The notes: generated by a model from the sequence alone, not told the origin. Counted from the stretch's first letter, positions 20,008 to 30,156 are shown. The stretch is 64,000 bases of DNA from an uncultured Gemmatimonadales bacterium (GCA_963708135.1 OY970192.1:4800001-4864000), one strand, 5' to 3'. Program-made: numbers and translations.

Positions 20008-21888
20008 CTAGTCCCCCGCGCTCCGGTCCCGCGCCTCGGCCGCCGCCTCGACGCGGCGCCTCCAGCGCGCGTAGCGGAGGGCCAGGACCGCCGAGCCAAC
20101 CAGGGCCGCCACCCCGGATGCCGCCAGCACGCTCAGCTTGGCCAGGGCCAGGGTGGCGCGGTCGGTGAAGCTGAGGTCGGCAATGAAGAACGCCATGGTG
20201 AAGCCGATGCCGCAGAGGGCGCCCGCGCCGGCCACCTGCGTCCAGGCAACATCGTCCGGCCGCGCGGCCACGCCCAGCCGGGTGGCGATCCATGCTCCCG
20301 CGGTGATGCCGAGCGGCTTCCCCAGGAGAAGGCCCAGGGCGATGCCCAGGCTCACCGGCTGGAGGAGGTCCCGGGCGTGCGCCTCCAGCGCGATGCCGGA
20401 GTTGGCGAAGGCGAACAGGGGGAGCACCACGTACGCAGACCACGGCTGCAGGGTGCGGGCGAGACGCTGGGCCGGCGACAACAGCCGGTCCACCATGGTC
20501 TCCAGCGCTCCCACGGCGGCGTGGTAGCTCCCGGCGGTCACTTCGCCCACCGGCGGCGCCTCGACACTCTGCAGGAGCGACTCGGTCTGCCGGAGGAGCG
20601 CGGCCGGGCTCGGCGGCCCCCGGGTGGGAATGGCGAACGCCAGGAGCACGCCGGCCAGCGTCGGGTGCACCCCGGCATCCAGCACCGCCAGCCACAGGAG
20701 GATCCCGATCACCACGTAGGGGAGCGCCGCGTACACCCTCCCCCGGTTCAGCGCGAGCGCCAGCAGCCAGAGCAGGAGGGCCGCGCCCAGGCTCGGGAAG
20801 GCGATGTGCTGCGTGTAGAAGAGGGCGATCACGGCGATGGAGCCCATGTCGTCGGCGATGGCGGCAGCCGCCACGAACACGCGCAGGGAGAGGGGCACCC
20901 GCGGCCCCAGCAGGGCGAGCAGCCCGAGGGCGAAAGCGGTGTCCGTACCCATGGGCACGCCCCAGCCGTGGGCCGCGCCGCCGCCGGCATTGAACGCCAG
21001 GTAGATGAGGGCAGGGGCGGTCATGCCGCCCAGCGCGGCGGCGATGGGCAGGGCGGCCTTTCGGCGCGTCGTGAGGGCGCCCACCGTGACCTCGCGTCGG
21101 ATCTCCAGGGAGACCACGAGGAAGAAGATCACGACGAGACCGTCGTTGACCCACGCCTTCAATGGCATGGCCAGGACGTGGCCCCCCACGCCCAGCGCGA
21201 GGGGGGTCACCCAGAGCCGGTGGTAGGCGCCGCGCCACGGCGAGTTGGCCCAGACGAGCGCCGCCACCACCCCCAGGAGCATCAGGATCCCGCTGGACAT
21301 GGACAGCCCCGCGAACTGCTCGGCCAGCAGGCGCAGCCGCCAGCCCAGGGGCTTGCGGATGGTGTTGACCAGGGACTCCTCGTCCCAGGGCCCGTCGTAG
21401 CGGCGTCCGTCCACATAGAAGGTGGGGGTCGCGCGGGCGCCGCTCGCCTGAGCGCTCGCCAGATCCTCCTCCACGCGCGGGGCGTAGCGGTCGTCGTCCA
21501 GCTCCCGGGCAAAGCGCTCCACGTCCAGCCCCAGCTCGGCGGCGATGCGCACCAGCGCCTCCCGGTCCAGCACCTCCCGGCTGGTGAAGAGCCGGTCGTG
21601 CATCTCCCAGAAGCGGCCCTGGGCCGCCGCGCACTCCGACGCTTCGGCGGCGAGGCGGGCGTGCGGGTGGATGTTGCGGTTGGGAAGGTGGCGGAAGACG
21701 TAGCGCACCTGGCCCGGCATGCGCTCGTCGCGCAGCCGGATCACCCCCTCGTGGGCGCCGCGGCAGTGGGGGCACTCGAAGTCGCCGAACTCGACCAGCG
21801 TGACGGCCCCGTCCCGGGCTCCCGAGACGTGGTCCCGCTGCGGGTCCACGGGAGGCCGGAGGTGGGGCGTGGCGACCCTGGCGGGCAT
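20008..21888 (-). CDS. nhaA: Na+/H+ antiporter NhaA with N-terminal DsbA/thioredoxin domain
   Basis: EFGDFECPHC, ATPTFYVDG; then WVNDGL, GWGVPMGTDTAF, AIADD, LPLFAFAN, LCGIGFTM. Confidence 0.92.
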   Translation of the reverse strand: MPARVATPHLRPPVDPQRDHVSGARDGAVTLVEFGDFECPHCRGAHEGVIRLRDERMPGQVRYVFRHLPNRNIHPHARLAAEASECAAAQGRFWEMHDRLFTSREVLDREALVRIAAELGLDVERFARELDDDRYAPRVEEDLASAQASGARATPTFYVDGRRYDGPWDEESLVNTIRKPLGWRLRLLAEQFAGLSMSSGILMLLGVVAALVWANSPWRGAYHRLWVTPLALGVGGHVLAMPLKAWVNDGLVVIFFLVVSLEIRREVTVGALTTRRKAALPIAAALGGMTAPALIYLAFNAGGGAAHGWGVPMGTDTAFALGLLALLGPRVPLSLRVFVAAAAIADDMGSIAVIALFYTQHIAFPSLGAALLLWLLALALNRGRVYAALPYVVIGILLWLAVLDAGVHPTLAGVLLAFAIPTRGPPSPAALLRQTESLLQSVEAPPVGEVTAGSYHAAVGALETMVDRLLSPAQRLARTLQPWSAYVVLPLFAFANSGIALEAHARDLLQPVSLGIALGLLLGKPLGITAGAWIATRLGVAARPDDVAWTQVAGAGALCGIGFTMAFFIADLSFTDRATLALAKLSVLAASGVAALVGSAVLALRYARWRRRVEAAAEARDRSAGD

Positions 21889-22348
21889 GGCGGAGAGGAG
21901 CTCCGGCGCGGCGGCTCAGGTGGACGGCGCCCGGCCGGAGGCCGGGGGATGCCGCTCGAGGTCCGCCCGGGGCCAGTGGCCCGGGTCCGCGGCCACTGCC
22001 CTTGTGCGCTCCGCGAACGCCAGCACCTGGGCGTCGGGGTCGTCGGCGGGGAGGGCCGGCCAGGGCTGCATGTTGCCGGCCGGCCTGGCCGCATCCCGCG
22101 CTTCGCTGCTGCTCATCGACATCGTCCGAGCCAGGGAAGTCTGGCAGAACAGGTATCATCGTCGCCTCCGCTCGTCGCGACAAGGTGCGGGTCGCTCAAC
22201 GCGCGTCCCCTCATCGCGGGCGCGGCGCGGCGCGCTCCCGCCCCTGCCGGGGGTCGAAACGCCGCCGTCGCACCGGTGTACGCATGCACGGCCGGCGAGA
22301 CATCTCGATTCCTCGCACGCCCGCGCTTCCCCTCAACCCGCGCACACC

Positions 22349-23389
22349 ATGTACTCCACCTGCGTGTTCTGCAACAAGCCGCTGGGCGCGAACGAGAGCC
22401 TCGAGGCCTTCCCGGTCGGCCGCCGCATCGCGTTCGACGCGGCGAAGGGGCGGCTGTGGGTGGTGTGCAGGCAGTGCGAGCGGTGGAACCTCTCGCCGCT
22501 GGAGGAGCGCTGGGAGACCATCGAGGAGGCCGAGCGGCTGTATCACGACACGCGACGTCGCGTCGCGACGGAGCACGTCGGGCTCGCCCGCCTGCGCGAC
22601 GGCACCGACCTGGTCCGCATCGGCGCTCCGCTGCGCCCGGAGTTCGCCGCGTGGCGCTACGGCGACCAGTTCGGGCGGCGGCGGAAGCGCCAACTGCTCG
22701 TCGCGGGCGCGGGCGTGGGCGCCGTGGGCGCAGTGGTGATCGGCGGCGCCGTGGCCGGCGTCGGAATGGGTGCCTTCGGCTTCGGGATCTGGAAGCTCGC
22801 GGAGGGCGCGATCCACGGGCTCGGCGACACCGTCGTGGCGCGCGTGAAGACCGAGGACGGAACGCTGCTGCGGGTGCGGCGTCGCCATCTCGCGGAGACG
22901 CGGCTCATGCGCGGCCAGGACGGACCGCTCGCGATGGACCTGCGGTTCGCCGGCGGCGCGACGCACCTCGACGGAGCCGAGGCGATGCGCGTCGCCTCGC
23001 TCATCGTGCCGAAGGTCAACCGCTTCGGCGGCGCGCAGCGGATCGTCGGGCAGGCAGTGGCGACCATCGAGGAGGGCGGCAGCGCGGAGGCGTTCCTCGA
23101 TCGGTTCTCTCAGGTCGCCCACATCCGGACCGAGCCAGCCCGGATCCGCAAGGGCCGAAGCAACTGGGACAACAAAATCAGAAAGCACGGCCTCTTCGGC
23201 CTTCAGCCGGTCGAACGCCTGGCGCTCGAGATGGCGCTGCACGAGGATGCCGAGCGCGAGGCGCTGACGGGAGAGCTCGAGGCGCTCGAGCAGGCATGGC
23301 GGGACGCCGAGCAGATCGCCGCCATCTCGGACGACCTGCTGCTGCCACGCTCGGTGATCGAGCGGATCCGCCGCTGGCGGGGGATGTGA
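22349..23389 (+). CDS. Hypothetical protein with N-terminal CxxC/CxxC zinc-ribbon and central hydrophobic segment
   Basis: MYSTCVFC...VVCRQCERW; coherent codon usage, 346 aa. Confidence 0.75.
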   Translation: MYSTCVFCNKPLGANESLEAFPVGRRIAFDAAKGRLWVVCRQCERWNLSPLEERWETIEEAERLYHDTRRRVATEHVGLARLRDGTDLVRIGAPLRPEFAAWRYGDQFGRRRKRQLLVAGAGVGAVGAVVIGGAVAGVGMGAFGFGIWKLAEGAIHGLGDTVVARVKTEDGTLLRVRRRHLAETRLMRGQDGPLAMDLRFAGGATHLDGAEAMRVASLIVPKVNRFGGAQRIVGQAVATIEEGGSAEAFLDRFSQVAHIRTEPARIRKGRSNWDNKIRKHGLFGLQPVERLALEMALHEDAEREALTGELEALEQAWRDAEQIAAISDDLLLPRSVIERIRRWRGM

Positions 23390-23511
23390 GGGGGCAGGGT
23401 GATGCGATCCTCCCGGGGCCACAGATAGACCACCCGCCACCACTCACGTGGGTTTCGCCGCCCAGCGGCGGCTCGAAACCCGTGTGCGGGTGCGTGTGCG
23501 AAGGTTCGTGC

Positions 23512-23791
23512 CCGGCACCTGCGATCAGGAGCATGGCCAGGCCCAGGATCCGGACGGCGGCGTCCGTTGCCACCACTCCAGCCGACAGGCCCGCGCCCCG
23601 CGCCAGCATCGCCACTGCCCCTGCCAGCCGTGCTCCTCCGACCAGGAGCAGGAGCACCGCCGAGACCGGCCGGAGCCACCGACCTCTCTCCTCGTCCGTC
23701 ACCGCCCCTCCTGCGCGCACGTCAGCAGATGGTCTCGCCCTTCCGCAGCATGGCGAACCCCGCCTCGATCAGCCGGAGCGCCGCCTCCCGG
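23512..23791 (-). pseudogene. Possible remnants: 3' end of a regulator-like ORF and 5' part of a membrane protein ORF
   Basis: REAALRLIEAGFAMLRKGETIC* (23722-23791); GTG 23702 with AGGAGG SD encoding two hydrophobic segments that run into a hexamer-repeat tract. Confidence 0.35.
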
Positions 23792-23834
23792 CTTCGCCGC
23801 GACCACCTGCTGCGCGCGGTCCGCGTCCGAGGCT

Positions 23835-23864
23835 ATTGACCAAGTGGTTAATGAAGCGTATATT
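23835..23864 (+). promoter_or_regulatory. Sigma70-like promoter overlapped by an imperfect palindromic operator
   Basis: TTGACC(23836)-N17-TATATT(23859); palindrome ATTGACCAAGTGGTTAAT 23835-23852; AT-rich patch. Confidence 0.65.
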
Positions 23865-23893
23865 ATGTGATCATCTGGTCTTTAGACGGGGCT

Positions 23894-23941
23894 AACGCCG
23901 GTCCTCGCGTCACTTCGACGCCGCAGGGCCAGGCGTTTTTC
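23894..23941 (+). terminator. Intrinsic terminator-like hairpin
   Basis: AACGCC-GGTCCT-GCGTC / GACGC-AGGGCC-GGCGTT stem followed by a T-run. Confidence 0.55.
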
Positions 23942-24158
23942 TGTTGCAGGAGATCATAATGCAGAGTGTGCAGAAGTGTTGTACTCGCGGCGAGCGAGCC
24001 ATTTTCTCGGCCTGGAATTCATTTCAGTCGTCCGGGCGGTCCAGGTGAGCGGCCGCGTCCGCCGGCGCAGTGACGCCGGGGCGGCACAACACCCCCGCCG
24101 GAGCCGAGTCCCGGCGCATGAGGGCGCTGGCTCATCCAAGAGAACTGGAGAGATCACC

Positions 24159-24824
24159 ATGAAGCGATCCACGAAGGCGCTGCTTGCGCTGCTGGCCCTG
24201 CTGCCGCTGTCGGCGGGGTGCGCAACGCTGAGCCGTAAAGAGAAGGGCGCGATCATCGGGGCGGGGGCGGGCGCGGGGGCCGGCGCCGTGGTCGGGAAGC
24301 TGACCGGCTCGACGACGCGGGGTGCCATCATCGGCGCCATCGTCGGCGGCGCGGCGGGGGCGATCATCGGCCACCAGATGGACCAGCAGGCCAAGGAGCT
24401 CGCGTACGACATGCCCGGTGCGACGGTGCAGCGCGTGGGCGAGGGCATCGCGGTGACGTTTCCCGATGGGCTGCTCTTCGCGTATGACTCGGACGTGATC
24501 CTTGGCGGCGCGAGGGCGGACCTGGACCGGTTCGCCGCCAGCATGTCCAAGTATCCGGGTACGCGGGCGATGATCGTGGGGTATACGGACGCGACCGGCG
24601 CCGCCGACTACAACCAGGGGCTGTCGGAGCGGCGGGCGCAGTCTGCGGCGTCGGTGCTCACCGGGCAGGGCATCGATGCAGCCCGCCTGGGCACGGTTGG
24701 CCGTGGAGAGAGCGAACCGATCGGCGACAATCTGACCGACGCGGGCCGCCAGCAGAACCGGCGCGTCGAGGTGGCGATCTACGCCGACGAGGCGTTCCGC
24801 CGCCAGGCGAAGACGGGCAGCTAG
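24159..24824 (+). CDS. OmpA-family lipoprotein with glycine zipper (YiaD-like)
   Basis: Lipobox SAGC, GAIIG repeats, GYTD, NQGLSERRA, NRRVEV. Confidence 0.93.
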   Translation: MKRSTKALLALLALLPLSAGCATLSRKEKGAIIGAGAGAGAGAVVGKLTGSTTRGAIIGAIVGGAAGAIIGHQMDQQAKELAYDMPGATVQRVGEGIAVTFPDGLLFAYDSDVILGGARADLDRFAASMSKYPGTRAMIVGYTDATGAADYNQGLSERRAQSAASVLTGQGIDAARLGTVGRGESEPIGDNLTDAGRQQNRRVEVAIYADEAFRRQAKTGS

Positions 24825-24873
24825 ACGGCGGCGACCGGCCGCGCTCCCACGGGGTGCGCGGCCGGTCGATCGC

Positions 24874-27414
24874 ATGACGAGAGGCAGAGGATACGTGGCC
24901 ACGGCCCACCGGCGCGTCAGCGACGCGTCCCCGATCACGAAGAATGACCCCCTGCGCGCGGAGACTCTGCTGAAAGCCGGGGCCCTGCAGCGCGCGATCT
25001 TCAACAGCGCCAACTTCTCGAGCATTGCCACCGACGCGAAGGGCGTCATCCAGATCTTCAACGTGGGCGCCGAGCAGATGCTGGGCTACGCCGCCGCGGA
25101 GGTGGTGAACCGGATCACGCCCGCGGAGATCTCCGATCTCGCTGAGCTGATCGCCCGCGCCCGGGCACTGAGCGCGGAGCTGAGCACGCCCATCACGCCC
25201 GGCTTCGAGGCGCTGGTGTTCAAGGCCTCGCGCGGAATCGAAGACATCTACGAGCTCACCTACATCCGCAAGGACGGGACGCGGTTCCCCGCCGTGGTCT
25301 CCGTTACGGCGCTGCGCGACGCGGAGGAGTCGATCATCGGCTACCTGCTGATCGGCACCGACAACACCGCGCGCAAGCAGGTCGAGGAGGAGCGGATGAA
25401 GCTCGACCAGCGCCTGCGCGACCAGCATTTCTACACGCGCTCGCTGATCGAGTCCAACATCGACCCCATGATGAGCATCGATCCGCGCGGCATCATCATC
25501 GACGTCAACAAGGAGACGGAGGGTCTGACCGGCTGCACGCGAGACGAGCTGATCGGCTCGCCCTTCAAGAACTACTTCACCGATCCGGATCGCGCCGATG
25601 CCGGCATCGAGTGCGTGCTGGCCGAAGGCCGAGTCTTCGACTACGAGCTGACGGCGCGCGCCCGCGACGGGACGCTCACGGAGGTCTCCTACAACGCCAC
25701 CACGTTCTTCGACCGTGACCGGGTGCTGCAGGGCGTGTTCGCCACGGCCCGCGATATGACCGACCTGAAGCGGTTCGAGCGGACGCTGCAGCAGAAGAAC
25801 GTCGAGCTGGAAGAGGCCAGTCGCATGAAGTCGGAGTTCCTCGCCAACATGTCGCACGAGCTGAGGACACCGCTCAACGCCATCATCGGGTTTTCCGAGA
25901 TTCTCCAGGATGGCCTGGTCGGCGTCATGACCGATCAGCAGCGCAAGTACACCGGCAATATCTTCAGCAGCGGCAAACACCTTCTCTCCCTCATCAACGA
26001 CATTCTCGACCTCTCCAAGGTGGAAGCCGGCAAGATGACGCTGGAGCTGGAGGCGGTGCCCGTCACCTCAGTGCTCGCCAACAGCATGTCCATCATCCGG
26101 GAGAAGGCGTTTACGAGCCATGTCGAGCTCGACCTGGAGGTCCCGGAGGAGCTGGGTCTCATCCAGGCCGACGCGCGGATGCTCCGGCAGATCCTCTACA
26201 ACCTGCTCTCGAACGCGGTCAAATTCGCTGACGAAGGCGGACGGGTGACGCTACGGGCCATCCGGGCGAAGCGTGCCGACGTCGGCAGGCTTCCGGGTCC
26301 CTGGCAGGGGGTCAGCTTCCCCCTGCCCGACAATGACTTCCAGGAATTCCTCCAGATCGGCGTCACCGACACCGGCATCGGCGTGGCCGAGGCCGACCGC
26401 GACCGGCTCTTCCAGCCGTTCAGCCAGATCGACAGCGGCCTGGCCCGCAAATTCGAGGGCACCGGTCTCGGGCTGGCGATGGTGAAGCTCCTGGCGGAGC
26501 TGCACGGCGGCACCGTGGCCATGGCCAGCGCCGTCGGCGAGGGCTCCTGCTTCACGGTGTGGCTGCCGCTGCGGCCGGCGCTGGAAGAAGGAGCGAGCGG
26601 CTCGCCCGCAGCAGCCGCGCCCATCGTCGCCGGACCCCTCGCTGAGCTACCCGCCGGCGGCCGCACGGCCCTGGTGGTGGAGGACGATGTCAGATCCGCG
26701 GAGCTGATCCGGGTCCAGCTCGAGGCGGAGGGCTTTACCGTCCTGGTCGCTGGCTCCGGCGACGAAGCACTCCGGCTGGCCTCGCGCCAGCCGCTGACGC
26801 TCATCACGCTCGACGTCATGCTGCCGGACATGGACGGCTGGGAGTTCCTCTCGCTCATCAAGCAGATCCCGGAGCTGCAGCGCATCCCCGTCGTCATCGT
26901 CTCCATCGTGGCGGACGCCACTCGCGGTTTTTCGCTGGGCGCGGCGGCCGTCATGCAGAAGCCGATCTCGCGTCAGGATCTGTGCGACTCCCTGGCGGAC
27001 GTCGGCCTGTTCCCCATGGCGCAGGAGAAGATCCTGAAGGTCCTCCTGGTGGATGACGACCGCGACGCCGTGGAGCTGCTGGCGCTGGGCATGGAGGGCG
27101 TCGCCAGTACCGTCCTGCGCGCCTATGGCGGTCGCGAGGCCATCGAGGCCGCGCTGCGGGAGCTGCCCGACGTCATCGTGCTCGACCTCATGATGCCGGA
27201 TATGAACGGCTTCGACGTCGTGACGGCGCTCGTCGCGCACCCCGAAACCGCCCGCATTCCGATCCTGGTGGTCACCTCCAGGAAGATCACCGCCGACGAC
27301 CGGACGAGGCTGAACGGCTTCGTGAGCGCCATCGTGCGCAAGGGCGATTTCAGCCCCAGCCGCATCCGCGAAGAAGTCCGGCGCGCCATGGCGGGCCGCC
27401 GGAAGGCGGCCTGA
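24874..27414 (+). CDS. Hybrid PAS sensor histidine kinase with two receiver domains
   Basis: Two PAS regions, FLANMSHELRTPL, NLLSNAVKF, DTGIG, GTGLGL, two REC domains; exact start uncertain. Confidence 0.93.
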   Translation: MTRGRGYVATAHRRVSDASPITKNDPLRAETLLKAGALQRAIFNSANFSSIATDAKGVIQIFNVGAEQMLGYAAAEVVNRITPAEISDLAELIARARALSAELSTPITPGFEALVFKASRGIEDIYELTYIRKDGTRFPAVVSVTALRDAEESIIGYLLIGTDNTARKQVEEERMKLDQRLRDQHFYTRSLIESNIDPMMSIDPRGIIIDVNKETEGLTGCTRDELIGSPFKNYFTDPDRADAGIECVLAEGRVFDYELTARARDGTLTEVSYNATTFFDRDRVLQGVFATARDMTDLKRFERTLQQKNVELEEASRMKSEFLANMSHELRTPLNAIIGFSEILQDGLVGVMTDQQRKYTGNIFSSGKHLLSLINDILDLSKVEAGKMTLELEAVPVTSVLANSMSIIREKAFTSHVELDLEVPEELGLIQADARMLRQILYNLLSNAVKFADEGGRVTLRAIRAKRADVGRLPGPWQGVSFPLPDNDFQEFLQIGVTDTGIGVAEADRDRLFQPFSQIDSGLARKFEGTGLGLAMVKLLAELHGGTVAMASAVGEGSCFTVWLPLRPALEEGASGSPAAAAPIVAGPLAELPAGGRTALVVEDDVRSAELIRVQLEAEGFTVLVAGSGDEALRLASRQPLTLITLDVMLPDMDGWEFLSLIKQIPELQRIPVVIVSIVADATRGFSLGAAAVMQKPISRQDLCDSLADVGLFPMAQEKILKVLLVDDDRDAVELLALGMEGVASTVLRAYGGREAIEAALRELPDVIVLDLMMPDMNGFDVVTALVAHPETARIPILVVTSRKITADDRTRLNGFVSAIVRKGDFSPSRIREEVRRAMAGRRKAA

Positions 27415-27791
27415 TGGCCAGAGTCCTGATCATCGAAGACAACCCGAGCAACATGACGTTGGCCACGTTCCTGCTCGAGTCCGTCGGGCACTCGGTCCTC
27501 GGCGCCACCGACGCCGAGGCCGGGATGCTCCTGGCGCACGAGGAGCTGCCCGCCCTGATCCTCATGGACATCCAGCTCCCCGGCATGGACGGCCTGCAGG
27601 CGACGTCGTTGCTCAAGCACGACCGCGCCACCCGTGCGATCCCCGTGATCGCCCTGACCGCGCTCGCCATGAAAGGCGACGAGGAGCGCATCCGTGCCGC
27701 CGGGTGCGATGACTACATCGCCAAGCCCTGGCGCTATCCCGCGTTCCTCGCCGCCGTCGCGGGCCAGCTCGAGCGCACTCCGGTCACCTAG
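27414..27791 (+). CDS. Single-domain response regulator (DivK-like)
   Basis: IIEDN, LMDIQLPGMDG, ALTALAM, YIAKP; TGATG overlap. Confidence 0.92.
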   Translation: MARVLIIEDNPSNMTLATFLLESVGHSVLGATDAEAGMLLAHEELPALILMDIQLPGMDGLQATSLLKHDRATRAIPVIALTALAMKGDEERIRAAGCDDYIAKPWRYPAFLAAVAGQLERTPVT

Positions 27792-28039
27792 GTCCGCCCG
27801 GGAGGCGAGGTTCGGGGATTCGCGAACGTCCGCAGGCCGACAGCGTCCGTTGCGCGTTCCCGACGCGCGCGGACCGATGTATGCGGTGTGCGATCGACGA
27901 CCCTGTCCCACCCGACCTTGCCCGGCTCGCGCTGTGTCCGCGCTGCACCGACGCAGCTTCGCGTCCGGGACGGGTGCGACCCCGATCGGACGAGCCGCGC
28001 ATGACTCCGTCGGACGACGTCGTCTTTCTCCTTGACTGT

Positions 28040-29365
28040 CACTACTGTCCCGTTAACGGATGTTTCTGATGCTGCAAGTGCCTGAACACCAATGGCTTGC
28101 GCCACGTTCGCAGGTGTCACGGACTTGAGCGCGCGTTCTGCCCGGTCCATCGTGCCGCTTCCCTGCACTCCGGGAGTGGCCGATGTACACCGGACCGACC
28201 GTCTTCGCTCAGCTCATGGCTCACCTGCCGCGGCACACCTTCCGCCGCGCCGTCCGGCGCTACCACGGCGATCGACGGGTGCGCAGCTTCACGTGCTGGC
28301 ACCAGTACCTCTGCATGGCCTTCGCTCAGCTCACCTACCGCGAAAGCCTGCGCGACATTGAAGCATGCTTCCGCGCCGTGCCCGACAAGTTGTACCACAT
28401 GGGCCTCGGCGGCGGTGTGGCCCGAAACACCCTGGCGGTGGCGAACGAGAAGCGCGACTGGCGGATCTACGCCGATTTCGCTCAGCCCCTCATCTCGAGC
28501 GCTTGCCAGCTCTACGTGGACGAACCGATCGGCCTCGAGCTCGACCGGACCGCCTACGCGCTCGATGCCACGACGATCGATCTGGCTCTCTCGCTCTTCC
28601 CTTGGGCGCACTTCCGCACCACGAAGGCGGGCGTCAAGCTGCACACCCTACTGCAGCTGGCCGGCAGCATTCCCTCGTACGCTTGGATTACGGACGCGAA
28701 GACGCACGACGTGCGCATTCTCGACGTGCTCGTGCCCGAACCGGGTGCCATCTACATCATGGACCGCGGCTACATCGACTTCGGACGGCTTCACCGCTTA
28801 CACCGCGCCCGTACGACGTTTATCGTGCGCGCGAAGGCCAACCTCCAGTTCCGCCGGCTCTACTCGCATCCCGTGGACCGGACCACCGCACTCCGCTGCG
28901 ATCAGACGATCCGCCTGACGGTCCAGCGCTCGGCTCAGGCCTACCCGGACAAGCTCCGCCGCATCCGCTCGCGGGATCCCGACACCGGCAACGAGGTCGT
29001 GCTACTGACCAACGATTTCCTCCTCCCGGCGGCCACAGTCGCCGGCCTGTACCGGTGCCGCTGGCAAATCGAGCTCTTCTTCAAGTGGATCAAGCAGCAC
29101 CTGCGGATCAAGCGCTTCTATGGAACGAGCCCCAACGCCGTGCGGACGCAAATCTGGATCGCGATCAGTGTGTACGTGCTCGTCGCAATCGTGAGAAAAC
29201 GGCTGCACATCCAGCGCGACCTCTACACTTTGCTCCAGATCCTGAGCGTCTGTCCGTTCGAGCAAGTCTCGCTCCCACAGGTACTTGCGACACCCGGCTA
29301 CGCTGCCACAGACGCCGATATTCGTAACCAGTTGCAGCTCTTTGACTTATGACGGGACACTACTG
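28040..29365 (+). mobile_element. IS4-family insertion sequence, 1326 bp
   Basis: IRL CACTACTGTCCCGTTAA versus IRR (rc) CAGTAGTGTCCCGTCAT; 9-bp direct repeat CTTGACTGT at 28031-28039 and 29366-29374. Confidence 0.93.
28183..29352 (+). CDS. IS4-family DDE transposase (DUF4372-type N-terminus)
   Basis: LDATTIDL, MDRGY, LYRCRWQIELFFKWIKQ (YREK signature). Confidence 0.95.
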   Translation: MYTGPTVFAQLMAHLPRHTFRRAVRRYHGDRRVRSFTCWHQYLCMAFAQLTYRESLRDIEACFRAVPDKLYHMGLGGGVARNTLAVANEKRDWRIYADFAQPLISSACQLYVDEPIGLELDRTAYALDATTIDLALSLFPWAHFRTTKAGVKLHTLLQLAGSIPSYAWITDAKTHDVRILDVLVPEPGAIYIMDRGYIDFGRLHRLHRARTTFIVRAKANLQFRRLYSHPVDRTTALRCDQTIRLTVQRSAQAYPDKLRRIRSRDPDTGNEVVLLTNDFLLPAATVAGLYRCRWQIELFFKWIKQHLRIKRFYGTSPNAVRTQIWIAISVYVLVAIVRKRLHIQRDLYTLLQILSVCPFEQVSLPQVLATPGYAATDADIRNQLQLFDL

Positions 29366-29596
29366 CTTGACTGTGACAACACACTGCTCGACAACGACCG
29401 CGTGCAGGTCGATCTCAAGGAGCAGCTCACGCGCGAGTTCGGGGGCGAAAGCCGGGATCGGTATTGGAGCATCCTCGAGCAGCTGCGGTCCGAGGTGGGA
29501 TACGTGGATTACCTGGGCGCCTTGCAGCGCTACCGGCTCGACGCCCGCAGCGACCCCCGATTGCTGCTGATCTCCTCGTTCCTGGTGGACTATCCC

Positions 29597-30067
29597 GCCG
29601 TCGACCTGGTGCGGGGGCAGTATGCCGGCTATCGGAGGGAGCCCAACGTCGCCCGGCATTCGGATGTCGAGACGTTCTGCGCCTTGCGACTGTTCATCGA
29701 TTCCTGGCGCTGGGAGGGCGTGCCCTGGTACCTGCGCTCCGGCAAACGGCTACCCGCCACCTTTGCCGAAGTGATCGTGCAATTGAAGCCGCCCCCGCAG
29801 CGGCTCTTCGCCGATTCGACGCCCCCGGCCGGCCGGGCCGACTATCTGCGCTTCCGCCTCTCCCCCAACTCCGCCGTCGCCCTGGCCGCTCGCGTCAAGC
29901 ATGCCGGCAAGGAGTTCGTGGGCGCGTTGCGGGAGCTATACCTCATGGATCATGAGCCGGGAGAGGAGGCGCCCTACGAGCGCCTCCTGACCGACGCCAT
30001 GGCCGGCGATGGAGCGCTCTTCACCCGGGAGGACACGGTCGAGGCCGCCTGGGCGGTGGTCGATGAC
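29597..30067 (+). pseudogene. zwf: C-terminal fragment of glucose-6-phosphate dehydrogenase fused in frame to the HAD remnant
   Basis: VRGQY, SDVETF, WRWEGVPWYLRSGKRL, YERLLTDAMAGD..LFTREDTVEAAW; NADP-binding domain absent. Confidence 0.85.
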
Positions 30068-30156
30068 CTCGTCGTCGATTGCGACAACGGGTGCGACAAC
30101 CTCTTCCGCGAGCAGGGCTGGGGTGCGGCGCTGCGCGGGCTGGACTCAAGGGGCGC

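Larger units (their letters stand above)
28001..29596 (+). pseudogene. HAD-family hydrolase disrupted by IS insertion and truncated
   Basis: Removing the IS and one TSD copy restores MTPSDDVVFLLDCDNTLLDND (motif I DxD). Confidence 0.85.

Noticed and set aside
21916..22160. Small, possibly frameshifted ORF upstream of nhaA
   Set aside because: An SD-like sequence is present but there is no recognisable motif; insufficient support
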